DNA of 64,000 nt, taken from assembly GCA_046331705.1 (NCBI GenBank), contig JAXLQJ010000039.1, forward strand, positions 1 to 64,000, read 5' to 3'. This stretch comes from a bacterium (GTDB lineage: Bacteria; JADJOY01). The notes under the pieces are model-generated. The model ran no database searches, was not told the origin of the DNA, and saw nothing but the letters and a program-made list of their open reading frames with translations. The position numbers and the translations under genes were made by a program. Numbering within the stretch: the stretch's first letter is position 1; each line of letters starts with the position of its first letter. Shown piece after piece: positions 40,688 through 49,573 of this stretch.

Positions 40688-42131
40688 CTACGCGCGGCCG
40701 CCATGCGTTCGATCCTGAAGATGGTCCACAGCCCACGACCACAGAATCCGCTCGCCGCGCCACTCGGGAATGATCGTGCGCGCGGCGATACCCAATCCCG
40801 CGTCCTGCTGCTCGCGCTCCACCTCGGCGAGTGCCTTCAGAAGCTCGTCTCCACCCAGCTCGGCACCCTGGAGCCGAAACCCATCCCCGCGCACGAACGC
40901 CGTACCGAAATCCGTCGCCGCGATCCGCCACCCGCCCTCGTGCACCAGCACGTGATGCCGCCGGCAGAGCAGTAGCAAATTGGAGAGCCTCGTCTCGCCT
41001 CCATCCGCCCAGTGCCGAACGTGATGCGCGTCGACGAACCGACTCTGCTTGCAACCTGGAAACGCACACGTCCGATCCCGCGCCTTGAGCGCCCGCCGGA
41101 TCGCCGGTGGAATCTGCCGCGTGCGCCGCCCCACGCTCAGAATCTCGCCGTCCTCGCTTTCGTGAACACACACCCGGCTGCAATCACACGCGATTCTTCG
41201 CACCGTCTCGGGAGCGAGCACCGTTCCATCGGCCAGCTCCGCCGGCGGTCCATCGCCATCGTGGGGTAGGGCGCTTTCATTCACATAAACACTGACTTCG
41301 TAACGATCGCCACCATCCACCGCCGCCGGCCCGTGCGCGAGCATCGTTTCGGCGAGCACCATCAATGCGTCCGCGTTTCGAGCCTCGCGCCGCGCTGGAT
41401 CCTCTTCCGGCACCCAGCGACTCTCCACGGGAGACTCCGCCGGTGTCGCTAGCTCGGAAGCCCCCGCCGACTCTCCTGATGGGAGAGTCCTCCCTCCGCA
41501 GCGAGTCGCGCGCGGAGTCGAACAAGCCTTTAGAAAGGCGCTCCTCTTCGGCGGCCGGTAGCCGTCCCTCGAACACGAACCGTGCCATCCGCGTACTTCC
41601 AGTAACGAAACGAGCGCGCCGCGCCTCGCTCTCCGCCGCCAACTCGGTTCGCCCGTTGCCGCTCGCAGCGCCGCCGATGAAGCCGGACCAGCTTGTCCAA
41701 GTGCGCCGCCGTGCCGAACCGCGCTGCGCCCACCAGCGAGCTCCTCGTTCTCGGCGGTAGCCACGCGCGCGTCATCGCACGCACCTTCGAGTAACCGACC
41801 TGCACCCGCGCCATCGCCGCCGCGATCTTCGGCAACGTGACCAACGCCTGTGCCACCCACTGCCTTCTCGTGAGCCGTGCCCATGGCGATGCCGCGCACC
41901 TCACGTTGAGCCACTGCACGCCGTCGACCGAATCCCATCGCCGGCCCACGGCCGCCGCCGATCGAACTCCGCCAACAACACCAGAAACCGATACTCGACC
42001 GCGCTCAGCCGCGCCGCCAGCGTGGTGAGATCCGCCGCCAGCTCGTCGTCCGAGCGTCTCGCGAAGGGAGACGCGGTGGAGTTCGGCGCAGGCAGCGGCT
42101 CTTCGGGGAGGGAATTTGCATGAGTGATCAT
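40688..42131 (-). pseudogene. DUF222 + HNH endonuclease (13E12-repeat-like) with multiple frameshifts in the 5' half
   Basis: Fragments in three frames: L.LLAEFDRR..W; WLNVRC..AQAL..LPKIAAAM..YSKVRAMTR; intact 3' part RRIACD..VGRRTR..RDRTCAFPGC..AHHVRHWADGG.T.L.NL.LLCRRHH..VH. Confidence 0.88.
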
Positions 42132-42140
42132 ATGTTCACT
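42123..42140. promoter_or_regulatory. SOS/LexA-box-like palindrome over the DUF222-HNH start codon
   Basis: AGTGATCATATGTTCACT, an 18-bp palindrome with one mismatch; core is one base from GAAC-N4-GTTC. Confidence 0.5.
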
Positions 42141-42340
42141 ATGACGCATCCAGCGAAATCCCCCAACTCGCGCACCGAAATCATCCCGTCACACAGGTCG
42201 GTCGCATGCTTGGGCGAACCCCGTCCGCCGAGCCCAGGCCGAGGGCAGCTCCGCCCACGAGCGTGGCGGTTGCTCCGGCGACCGCTGGTCGCGTGGCCCG
42301 CGCCGCGCTCAGGCAAATGCTTCGATCGCCGGTCGCGCCG

Positions 42341-42835
42341 TCATCCCCCTCGATTCCCGCGCCGCTCACTCTCTGGTTCGCCGAGTGCCGCTGGCACGCG
42401 CTCCTCGCGCTGCTCGTCGTAGCGCGGGATCACCCGCTCGTAGGGCTGCACCATGAGCGGCGACGAGATGAGGTAATCGGCCGATGCGCGATTGCACGCC
42501 ACCGGCACGTTGTAGACGACGCAGATGCGCAACAGCGCCTTGACGTCCACGTCATGCGGCTGCGACTCGAGCGGATCCCAGAAGAAGACCAGGATGTCGA
42601 GCCGCCCCTCCGCGATCATCGCCCCGAGCTGCAGATCCCCACCCAGCGGCCCCGACTTGAGGCGCTCGACTGGCAGGCCGAGCTGCTCGCGCAACAGGCT
42701 GCCGGTCGTGCCCGTGGCGAAAAGCTCGTGCTGCTCGAGAAGCGCTTGGTTGTAGCGAGCCCACTCGATGATCTCCTGCTTCTTGTGATCGTGCGCCACC
42801 AGCGCGATACGCCGACGTTCTCGAAGAGCGGACAC
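42341..42835 (-). CDS. mgsA: methylglyoxal synthase
   Basis: IALVAHDHKK, ATGTTG, SGPLGGDLQLGA, FFWDPL..QPHDVDVKALLR. Confidence 0.96.
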   Translation of the reverse strand: MSALRERRRIALVAHDHKKQEIIEWARYNQALLEQHELFATGTTGSLLREQLGLPVERLKSGPLGGDLQLGAMIAEGRLDILVFFWDPLESQPHDVDVKALLRICVVYNVPVACNRASADYLISSPLMVQPYERVIPRYDEQREERVPAALGEPESERRGNRGG

Positions 42836-43422
42836 GCGCGGACCCCCGATACGCGCTCGCGTCACGAACCGCGGCGCGAGCTGAGCACGAGCCCAACCTA
42901 TCCGCCGCGCGCCAACCCCCGGTGGCAATCCGGTGACGACCCGCGCGCGCCGGCGGCCGACGCGGCGAGAGCCGCGTCCGGCTCGTCCGCGGAATCCGCG
43001 ACTCGCCCGTCCAAGAGGCCCACTGGCGGAGCGCCTGCCTCCGCTCTTGAGCACGGCTCACCGGCAACATCTTCCACGAGCTTCGCCAACACGACGAGGT
43101 CGGCACCTCGATGGTCTTCATCCGAGTCCTCGATCTCGACCACGCCGCCACTCGCCGCCCGATCGACGACTCGACATCCCGAGCCCGAGCGCTCCCGTCC
43201 GGCCCCTCGCGCGCCCCGGATATCCCCGGTCCAGACAACCGCCCGAGCGACGCAGCCGCAGCCGAGATTCTCCAATGAGAACCGACGAGAATCCCCTCGA
43301 CCCGCCCGTCGCTGCCGCGCTAGGCTGCAAGCAAAGTGGTCAAGCTGAATCCCCCTAGTTCACCCGAACCAATTCCTCCTAGTTCAGGCCATTTCACGTT
43401 GGGCCCAGAAGAAGCAGAGCAG

Positions 43423-43839
43423 ATGAAGCCGCGAATCACAGTCATCACCATCGGTGTCAACGACCTCGAAGCATCATTGCGCTTCTATCGTGAAGGACTA
43501 GGCTTTTCTACCGAAGGCGTCATCGGCAAGGAGTTTGAGTATGGGGCAGTTGTGTTCATCCAGCTTCAGCCTGGTTTGCGTCTGGCTTTGTGGCCCCGCA
43601 AGAGCATCGGGCATGACACTGGGCTTGCGGTAGGTTCCGCCAACCCCACGGAAATGACGCTAGGCCATAACGTCTCATCAAAAGCGGAAGCCGACGCTGT
43701 CCTGGCAACAGCAAGAGCCGCAGGCGCCGTCATCGTCAAGGCCGCGCACGACACTTTTTGGGGCGGCTATTCTGGCTACTTCCAAGATCCAGACGGCCAT
43801 CTTTGGGAGGTTGTCTGGAACCCTCAATGGTCAGAGTAA
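43423..43839 (+). CDS. VOC/glyoxalase-family protein
   Basis: ITIGVNDLEASLRFY..GLGF, TLGHNV, FWGGYSGYFQDPDGHLWEVVWNP; markedly AT-richer codons. Confidence 0.93.
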   Translation: MKPRITVITIGVNDLEASLRFYREGLGFSTEGVIGKEFEYGAVVFIQLQPGLRLALWPRKSIGHDTGLAVGSANPTEMTLGHNVSSKAEADAVLATARAAGAVIVKAAHDTFWGGYSGYFQDPDGHLWEVVWNPQWSE

Positions 43840-43845
43840 ACATCA

Positions 43846-43908
43846 GCCCCAACAACGCGTTCAACACGGACTGGCAAAAGCGCCGCTTCGCTCTGCTTTT
43901 GCCCGTCG
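43846..43908 (+). mobile_element. truncated attC site (left half plus central hairpin)
   Basis: GCCCCAAC (R''-like)-AACGCGTTCAAC-ACGGACT-GGCAAAAGC...GCTTTTGCC-CGTC right after the VOC stop; L'/R' missing. Confidence 0.7.
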
Positions 43909-44084
43909 ACCCATTCGGAACGTTCTGGCTGAATTCGAGATCGGATCAGCCCCGACATCACCTGGCGCCCGCTGACGCAATGCTCGCAATCCGCGAGCAC
44001 CGGTCGCATTCCGCGCCGCGGCACCCCTGGAGCTGCCGGACGGATACCTACCCGCCGCTGCGGAATCTCTGCGCTGCGCGGTAT

Positions 44085-44116
44085 GCCATTGACTTACTCG
44101 GTCAATGGCCTACGAT
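44085..44116 (+). promoter_or_regulatory. TA promoter (TTGACT-16 nt-TACGAT) overlapped by a perfect 9-bp inverted-repeat operator
   Basis: GCCATTGAC-N7-GTCAATGGC at 44085-44109; -10 at 44111-44116. Confidence 0.8.
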
Positions 44117-44122
44117 GGGGAG

Positions 44123-44416
44123 GTGCGATTCACGTTCAACCCCGCCAAGAGCGAGCAGAATCGCAAGAAGCATGGCATCTCGTTCAAGGAAGCCGAGTCA
44201 CTCTTCACGAGCGGTGCGCCGTATCTCGACATCTACGACGAGGCGCATTCCGAGACGGAAGACCGCTTCCTTGCGATCGGTCCGACTGATCCTGGAATCA
44301 TCGCCGTCGTGTACACCGAGCGGGATGGGGACACCATCCGGATCATCAGTGCCCGTCGCGCGACGAGCACGGAGAAGGAACTGTATCGCCAGTACGTCGG
44401 AGGAAAACGGACATGA
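44123..44416 (+). CDS. brnT: BrnT-family toxin (RelE-like ribonuclease)
   Basis: RFTFNPAKSEQNRKKHGISF.EA..LF, HSETEDRF..IG, VVYTER...IRIISARRA...E...Y; GTG start. Confidence 0.93.
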   Translation: MRFTFNPAKSEQNRKKHGISFKEAESLFTSGAPYLDIYDEAHSETEDRFLAIGPTDPGIIAVVYTERDGDTIRIISARRATSTEKELYRQYVGGKRT

Positions 44417-44718
44417 CGAAACCGGACTTGACGGACATCCCCGAGATCACGGCGGAGCAGTTCGCTCGCGCCATTCCGGCACGCGTCAGGCGGCGTCTCG
44501 TTGACGGCAAGATCGAGTCCGGGGACGACGTCGTAGCGCTCCGTCGGTTTGTCGGACTTTCGCAAACGCAGTTCGCGGAAGCGATGGGCATCAGCGTTCA
44601 TACCCTGCGGAATTGGGAGCAGGGTCGTCGACGCCCGGACGGACCAGCAATCGGCCTGCTCCGGATCGCCGCTCGGCACCCTCGAATCATCCGCGAGAAC
44701 GTCAAGAATGCTGCGTGA
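44413..44718 (+). CDS. antitoxin with BrnA-like N-terminus and Xre/HigA-type HTH C-terminus
   Basis: DIPEITAEQFARA plus LSQTQFAEAMGISVHTLRNWEQGRRRPDGPA; ATGA overlap with toxin. Confidence 0.88.
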   Translation: MTKPDLTDIPEITAEQFARAIPARVRRRLVDGKIESGDDVVALRRFVGLSQTQFAEAMGISVHTLRNWEQGRRRPDGPAIGLLRIAARHPRIIRENVKNAA

Positions 44719-44807
44719 AGCCCGTCCAGCTCGTCGCTGCGCCCGCCGGCACTCGGGACGCACGGGATCGATCGCGTGGTCATCCGGGGCCGCAGGTGAC
44801 GTTGGGG
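44712..44807 (+). mobile_element. degenerate attC-like hairpin
   Basis: TCCAGCT..CTGCGCCCG ... CGGGGCCGCAGGTGA pairing around a central CACGGGATCGATCGCGTG palindrome, ending GTTGGGG; no intact R'' box. Confidence 0.4.
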
Positions 44808-44823
44808 TTCGCGGAGCGAGGCC

Positions 44824-45064
44824 ATGCTCTCCGAGATGGTTGAGAGCCTAACAAGGGGAGTTGTCGAGTTCGTTCTCGAGGCCGTTCTCGGTGTTACGGG
44901 TGACCTCGTGCTTCTGATCTTGGCGCTGGGCCGTTACCAGCCTTCTGGGAGGCTCGGCATCGGGCCGCGACGACGAGTGTGCTCCTGAACGTGCTGAGGA
45001 TCGGCATCGGGGGGGCGTCCGGATCGCCGGAATCGGTGCTCTCGCGCGACCCCTGAGTGCGTGA
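44824..45064 (+). pseudogene. small membrane-protein ORF (54 aa to 44988), probably a frameshifted cassette gene
   Basis: GGAGCGAGG RBS; MLSEMVESLTRGVVEFVLEAVLGVTGDLVLLILALGRYQP...; second hydrophobic stretch GVRIAGIGALARPLSA lies beyond the stop. Confidence 0.45.
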
Positions 45065-45154
45065 CTCCGTTTGCGCTGCCCTCGCGAAAGCGGGTTCGCG
45101 TCGTGCTCGGGAGCTGTAGTGGTTGCGGGGCGCGTGTGGCGCGATGGGGCGCGG

Positions 45155-45499
45155 TCAGGATCGCGGGCGGGCGGCGTATTTGAGGACGCGGACTTTTTCG
45201 ATGGTGACGAGGCCTTCGACGACCATCTCGTCCAGGATGGCGGTGAGGGCGGGTAGGCGCTCGTCGGATTCGACGATCTCGAGGACGATGGGTAGGTCGG
45301 TGGAGAGCTCGAGCAGCCGAGTGGTGTGAAGCATGCTGTGGGCGCCGAAGCCGGCGATGCCGCGAGTGACGGTGGCGCCGGCGAAGCCTTCTTTGCGTAG
45401 GCGTTCGAGCAGCGCGGTGTAGAGCGCCTTGCCGTGCCATTGGTCGCTCTCGCCGATGAAGACGCGCACCAGGTGTTGCTCGCCGGTCAGCACGCGCAT
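45155..45499 (-). CDS. DUF190 (PII-like) protein
   Basis: RVFIGESDQWHGKALY, AGATVTRGIAGFG, LSTDLPIVLEIV, GLVTIEKV; GGAGG RBS. Confidence 0.93.
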   Translation of the reverse strand: MRVLTGEQHLVRVFIGESDQWHGKALYTALLERLRKEGFAGATVTRGIAGFGAHSMLHTTRLLELSTDLPIVLEIVESDERLPALTAILDEMVVEGLVTIEKVRVLKYAARPRS

Positions 45500-45534
45500 G
45501 GGTGTCGTCCTCCTCGTCGTTCGCGACTCGAAGC

Positions 45535-45921
45535 TCAGGTTCCGGCGAGGGCTCGGCCCGCTGCCAGACCCGCGACGCCGGCGGCCAGGCAGACGAGCAG
45601 GGTCACCGTGAGATTCACGGTGGCGAGCCGCCACTCGCCGTCCATCATCAGTCCGAGCGTCTCGTAGTTGAAGGTGGAGTAGGTGGTGAGGCCGCCCATG
45701 ATGCCGGTGGTCAGGAAAAGTCGGGTGTTGGGCGAGATCGCGGCGGTGGTGAGCCCGAGCTGCATGATGAGGCCGATCAGGAACGAGCCCACCACGTTGA
45801 CGGTCAGCGTGCCGAACGGGAAGCCGGTTCCCAGCAAGCGCGCCATCCCGAGGGACACGAGGTAGCGAGCGCCGCCGCCCAGCGCGCTTCCCAGGCACAC
45901 CAGCGCGAGACGGAGGAGCAC
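45535..45921 (-). CDS. crcB: fluoride efflux channel Fluc/CrcB
   Basis: GSALGGGARY, FPFGTLTVNVVGSF, TGIMGGLTTYSTFNYE. Confidence 0.96.
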   Translation of the reverse strand: MLLRLALVCLGSALGGGARYLVSLGMARLLGTGFPFGTLTVNVVGSFLIGLIMQLGLTTAAISPNTRLFLTTGIMGGLTTYSTFNYETLGLMMDGEWRLATVNLTVTLLVCLAAGVAGLAAGRALAGT

Positions 45922-45933
45922 GGCGATCCTCGA

Positions 45934-46764
45934 TCAGTGCAGGTGGCCGGTGGCGGCGGCCGCGCAGATCGCCGCACCCGCGATCACGCGGTAGACGACG
46001 AAGAGCCGGAACGTGTGGGTCTTCACGTGGCGGAGGAACCACGCCACGACCAGGCCGGCGGTGAGCGCGGCGGTCACGAAGCCCACGGCCAGCACGCTCC
46101 ACTGTTCGCCGGTGAGCGGGACGCGGTGCTTGAGCAGCGAGTAGCCGGCGGCGGCGAACATCGTGGGGATGCTGAGCAGGAAGCTGAAGTCGGTGGCGGC
46201 GGTGCGGCTCAGGCCGCCGAGCAGCCCGCCCATGATCGTCGCACCCGAGCGCGACACGCCGGGCACCAGGCTCACCACCTGCGCCACGCCGATGCCGAGC
46301 GCTTGCGTGGGCGTGGTGTCGTCGATGACCGGGGTATGGGCGCGATCCTTGGTGAACCGCTCGATCACCTCGATGGCGATGGCGCCGAGAATGAGCGCGA
46401 GGCCGATCGGCATCGCGTGCTCCATGAGCGCGTCGATCTGCTTCTTGAGCGTCACGCCCGCGATGGCCGAGGGCACGAAGGCGAGCCCGACCAAGATCAA
46501 CGGGTGCCGGAGCTTCTCCGCGATGCCGCCGCGGGTGAAGAGGCCGGTCACGAATCGCGTCAGCGTGCGTCCGTAGAGCAGCACCACGGCGAGGATCGCG
46601 CCGAGCTGGATGACGATGGTGAAGAGCCGCCAGAACGGGTCTTCGTCGAGCGACAGGCCGAGCATCTGCTCGAAGACCAGCATGTGGCCGGTGCTCGAGA
46701 CCGGCAGGAACTCGGTGATCCCTTCCACGATCCCGATCAGGACCGCCAGCAGGTAGGCATTCAT
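45934..46764 (-). CDS. uppP: undecaprenyl-diphosphate phosphatase (UppP/BacA)
   Basis: GIVEGITEFLPVSSTGH, IQLGAILAV, PGVSRSGATI, FSFLLSIP, F..YR. Confidence 0.96.
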   Translation of the reverse strand: MNAYLLAVLIGIVEGITEFLPVSSTGHMLVFEQMLGLSLDEDPFWRLFTIVIQLGAILAVVLLYGRTLTRFVTGLFTRGGIAEKLRHPLILVGLAFVPSAIAGVTLKKQIDALMEHAMPIGLALILGAIAIEVIERFTKDRAHTPVIDDTTPTQALGIGVAQVVSLVPGVSRSGATIMGGLLGGLSRTAATDFSFLLSIPTMFAAAGYSLLKHRVPLTGEQWSVLAVGFVTAALTAGLVVAWFLRHVKTHTFRLFVVYRVIAGAAICAAAATGHLH

Positions 46765-46863
46765 CGGTGTGGCTTCCTCACGCCGAGCCCCTCCTGCCCG
46801 GCCAGCGAAAGCGCGCGAACATGGCCCGCCGTGCCGCGATCGGGCAAGGCGCTCGCGGCCCCA

Positions 46864-48480
46864 TCACGCCGAGCTGGGCGTGGTGAGAAGGCGCGGGAAG
46901 AGCAAGCGATCCATGAGCGTCGCGCGCAGGCTCGCGAGAGGTCTGAGCGGCGAGCGCCACCAGCGCTCCAGGAAATAGCGCGCGGTGCCGAGCGCCAGGA
47001 GCGGGCGCGTGGCGAGCAGGCGGGCCGCGTTCCGGCCCAGCACGCCGAGCGCCTCGCTCATGAAGCGGTCGCGCAGGTCGAGCAGCTCGTCGGCGCGGAA
47101 CTCCGCGGTGGTGATGTGCGCGAACGGGTGGGTGTGCGCGGCGATGCTCTTCCTGCTGGCGGCGCTGGCGAGCGGCTCGGTGAGGTAGCCGGCGGCGGTC
47201 GCGAGCTCGTGGACGCGGGTGCCGACGTGCGGCTCCACCACGTTCACGTGCGGCACCACGCCGAAGTCGGCGAGCAAGAAGCGCGCGAAGTCGAGGGTGC
47301 GCTGCAGGGTGGCGCGGGTCTCGCCGGGCATGCCGAGCAAGTAGAAGGCGTGGACGTCGAGGCCGACCTTGCGGCACGCGCGCGCCGCGGCCACCACGGC
47401 CTCGAGGTCGAGGCGCTTGTCGACGATTCGCTCGAGCACCTCCGGATCGCCCGACTCGACGCCCAGGATCATGTAGGTGCAGCCCGCTTCCTTCGCGAGC
47501 GCCACCAGGTCCTCGTCCAGATCGTCGGCTCGCACTCCGTTGGGCGTGTCCCAGGTGAGGCCGGGAAGCTCGCGACGGAAACCTTCCAGGATCGCGCGGA
47601 AGCGAGCGCGGTTGACCGTCACGTTGTCGTCGTTGATGTGCAGATGGCGAACGTCGTAGCGCGAGCGCAGGAAGCGCACGTGCTCGATGACGTAGTCGGG
47701 GCTGTGGGCGCGAAACGCGTGGCCCGCGAGCCGTGGTGCGTCGCAGAACGTACAGCGATACGGGCACCCGCGACTCGTGATGAGCGAGACGCGACGGTTC
47801 GAGCCGGGCCTTCCGAACGCGAACTTGCTCGCGAATCCCCGCGCGAAGAGCTCGAAATAGCGCTCCAGGTCGAGCTGGTGATAGGCGGGGAAGGGCAGCG
47901 AGTCGACGTCGGCGACGCGCGCGGCCGGCGCCCCGTGGACGATCGCGCCGTCGCGCCAGAAGACCGCGCCGGCGATCGAGTCGAGCGCGTCGCCACGGGT
48001 GAGCGCGCCCACCAGCTCGGCGAAGCTGGTCTCGCCCTCGCCGCGGAACGCGACCTCCACGGCGGGCTCGGCGGCGAGGATCGACTCGGGATCGTTGGTG
48101 GCGTGGGGCCCTCCCACCACCACCCGCGCCGTGGGCGCCGCCTCCCGCGCCAGCCGCGCGGCGTCCAGCGCGAACGGCAGATGGTCGGTGAACGGGTTGT
48201 TGATGCCGATCACGTCGGGCCGTGCCGCGGCGATCCGCGCGCGCATCCGCTCGGAGGATGCGCCGAAGTGGATCGTGGCGCCGGGTCGCGCAGTCGCGGC
48301 GAGGTCGGGTTCGGCGAGCGCGTCGAAGACCTCGACGTCGATGTCGTGCCGCTCGAGGACGGCGGCGAGGTAGAGCGGCCCGAGCGGCAGCTCGAGGCGC
48401 GGCCCGTCGGGGAACGGGCGATTGCGGAAGACCGCGGGCGGCCGCAGCAGCAGGACGCGGGGTCGGCGGCGACGCGACAT
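46864..48480 (-). CDS. B12-binding radical SAM protein (class B-like)
   Basis: PLGPLYLAAVL, VVVGGPHAT, GEGE, TSRGCPYRCTFC, DDN, GVESG, GMPGET. Confidence 0.93.
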   Translation of the reverse strand: MSRRRRPRVLLLRPPAVFRNRPFPDGPRLELPLGPLYLAAVLERHDIDVEVFDALAEPDLAATARPGATIHFGASSERMRARIAAARPDVIGINNPFTDHLPFALDAARLAREAAPTARVVVGGPHATNDPESILAAEPAVEVAFRGEGETSFAELVGALTRGDALDSIAGAVFWRDGAIVHGAPAARVADVDSLPFPAYHQLDLERYFELFARGFASKFAFGRPGSNRRVSLITSRGCPYRCTFCDAPRLAGHAFRAHSPDYVIEHVRFLRSRYDVRHLHINDDNVTVNRARFRAILEGFRRELPGLTWDTPNGVRADDLDEDLVALAKEAGCTYMILGVESGDPEVLERIVDKRLDLEAVVAAARACRKVGLDVHAFYLLGMPGETRATLQRTLDFARFLLADFGVVPHVNVVEPHVGTRVHELATAAGYLTEPLASAASRKSIAAHTHPFAHITTAEFRADELLDLRDRFMSEALGVLGRNAARLLATRPLLALGTARYFLERWWRSPLRPLASLRATLMDRLLFPRLLTTPSSA

Positions 48481-48736
48481 CGGGGTGCGGCGGGATCGCT
48501 GCGATTGGGGCGCCCGCAGGCTAGCACGCGAGCCGCACCCTCCGTTCGCGCGCTCGCCCGGGAATTGCGGGCGAAAGACGCGCTTCGCGGCAGCGATCGC
48601 GGGCGTGGGAGAGCGCGCCGCGCCCCTCCGACGCAGTCGTGCGATTGCAGATCGCTTCGCCTTTGGTAGGATTCCACGTCCTGGCCGTCGTTCGGGCCAT
48701 CGCCTCGCCGCACCCGATCTCCACGCCGACGCGCAC

Positions 48737-49573
48737 GTGACCTTTCGAGTCCGCTTCTGGGGCGTGCGCGGCTCCGTCCCGACGCCCGGCACGGGGACCG
48801 TGCGCTTCGGCGGCAACACGTCGTGCGTCGAGGTGCGCGCCGGCGAGCGCGTGCTGATCCTCGACTCCGGTACCGGCGTGGTCGGGCTGGGCCGCACCCT
48901 CGACCCGCGCCGCGCGCTGGAGGTGGACTTCCTGATGAGCCACCTCCACTGGGACCACATCCAGGGATTTCCGTTCTTCGATCCGGCGTTTCGCTCGGAC
49001 GCGCTGTTGCGCATCCACGGCAACACCAAGTTCGCGGAGAGCTTCGAGGAAGCGTTCGCCGCGCAGATGGGCGGCGTCTATCACCCCGTCCCGTTCCGCT
49101 CGCTGCCCGCGAAGATCGAGTTCGTGGACGTGAGCCACGGTCAGAAGCTCGATCTCGACGCGCACGTCGCCGTCACGATGGCGGACCTGGATCATCCCGG
49201 CGGCTCCATCGGCTACCGGATCGACTACCGCGGCCGCTCGATCGTCTACGCCACCGACCACGAGCACTTCACGTTCGTGGACCCGCGGCTGATCGCGCTG
49301 GCGCGCGGCGCCGACATCCTCATCTACGACGCCATGTACACCGAGGACGAATACCTCGGGAACGTGGGCTTTCACCGGGTGGGATGGGGCCATTCCACCT
49401 GGCAATACGGCGTGCGGACGGCGCTGGAGGCGGGCGCCAAGCAGCTGGTGCTCTTCCATCACGATCCCGGCCACGACGACCCGTGCCTGGAGGCGATCGA
49501 GCGCGAGGCGCGGTTGCGCTTCCCCAACACCACCGTGGCGTGGGAAGGGCTCGAGATCGACCTGAGCGTGTGA
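48737..49573 (+). CDS. MBL-fold metallo-hydrolase (phosphodiesterase-like)
   Basis: FWGVRGSVP..FGGNTSCVE, DSGTG, SHLHWDHIQG, HPG, TDHE, DAMY, WGHS, FHHDP. Confidence 0.93.
   Translation: MTFRVRFWGVRGSVPTPGTGTVRFGGNTSCVEVRAGERVLILDSGTGVVGLGRTLDPRRALEVDFLMSHLHWDHIQGFPFFDPAFRSDALLRIHGNTKFAESFEEAFAAQMGGVYHPVPFRSLPAKIEFVDVSHGQKLDLDAHVAVTMADLDHPGGSIGYRIDYRGRSIVYATDHEHFTFVDPRLIALARGADILIYDAMYTEDEYLGNVGFHRVGWGHSTWQYGVRTALEAGAKQLVLFHHDPGHDDPCLEAIEREARLRFPNTTVAWEGLEIDLSV

Larger units (their letters stand above)
43320..45064 (+). mobile_element. decayed integron cassette array without integrase (CALIN-like)
   Basis: Three short same-strand gene units of lower GC separated by attC-like hairpins; no intI in the window. 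Confidence 0.55.

Noticed and set aside
42850-43320. Possible ORFs between mgsA and the VOC gene (e.g. fragment GNIFHELRQHDEVGTSMVFIRVLDLD)
   Set aside because: No start/RBS context or recognisable family; at most a remnant
44846-44900. GCCTAAC as the start of another attC
   Set aside because: It lies inside the small ORF starting at 44824, with no matching hairpin or GTTRRRY at a suitable distance
46765-46870. Fluoride riboswitch upstream of uppP-crcB
   Set aside because: Only a GATGG fragment is present; the pseudoknot partner and 3' consensus are missing in the right orientation
45502-48669. 1055-aa plus-strand ORF and other long antisense or alternate-frame ORFs (e.g. 5713-8172, 11265-13100, 16651-19185, 55779-58454)
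   Set aside because: They shadow well-supported genes, are Arg/Ala/Pro-rich with no motifs, and are expected from stop-codon scarcity at high GC
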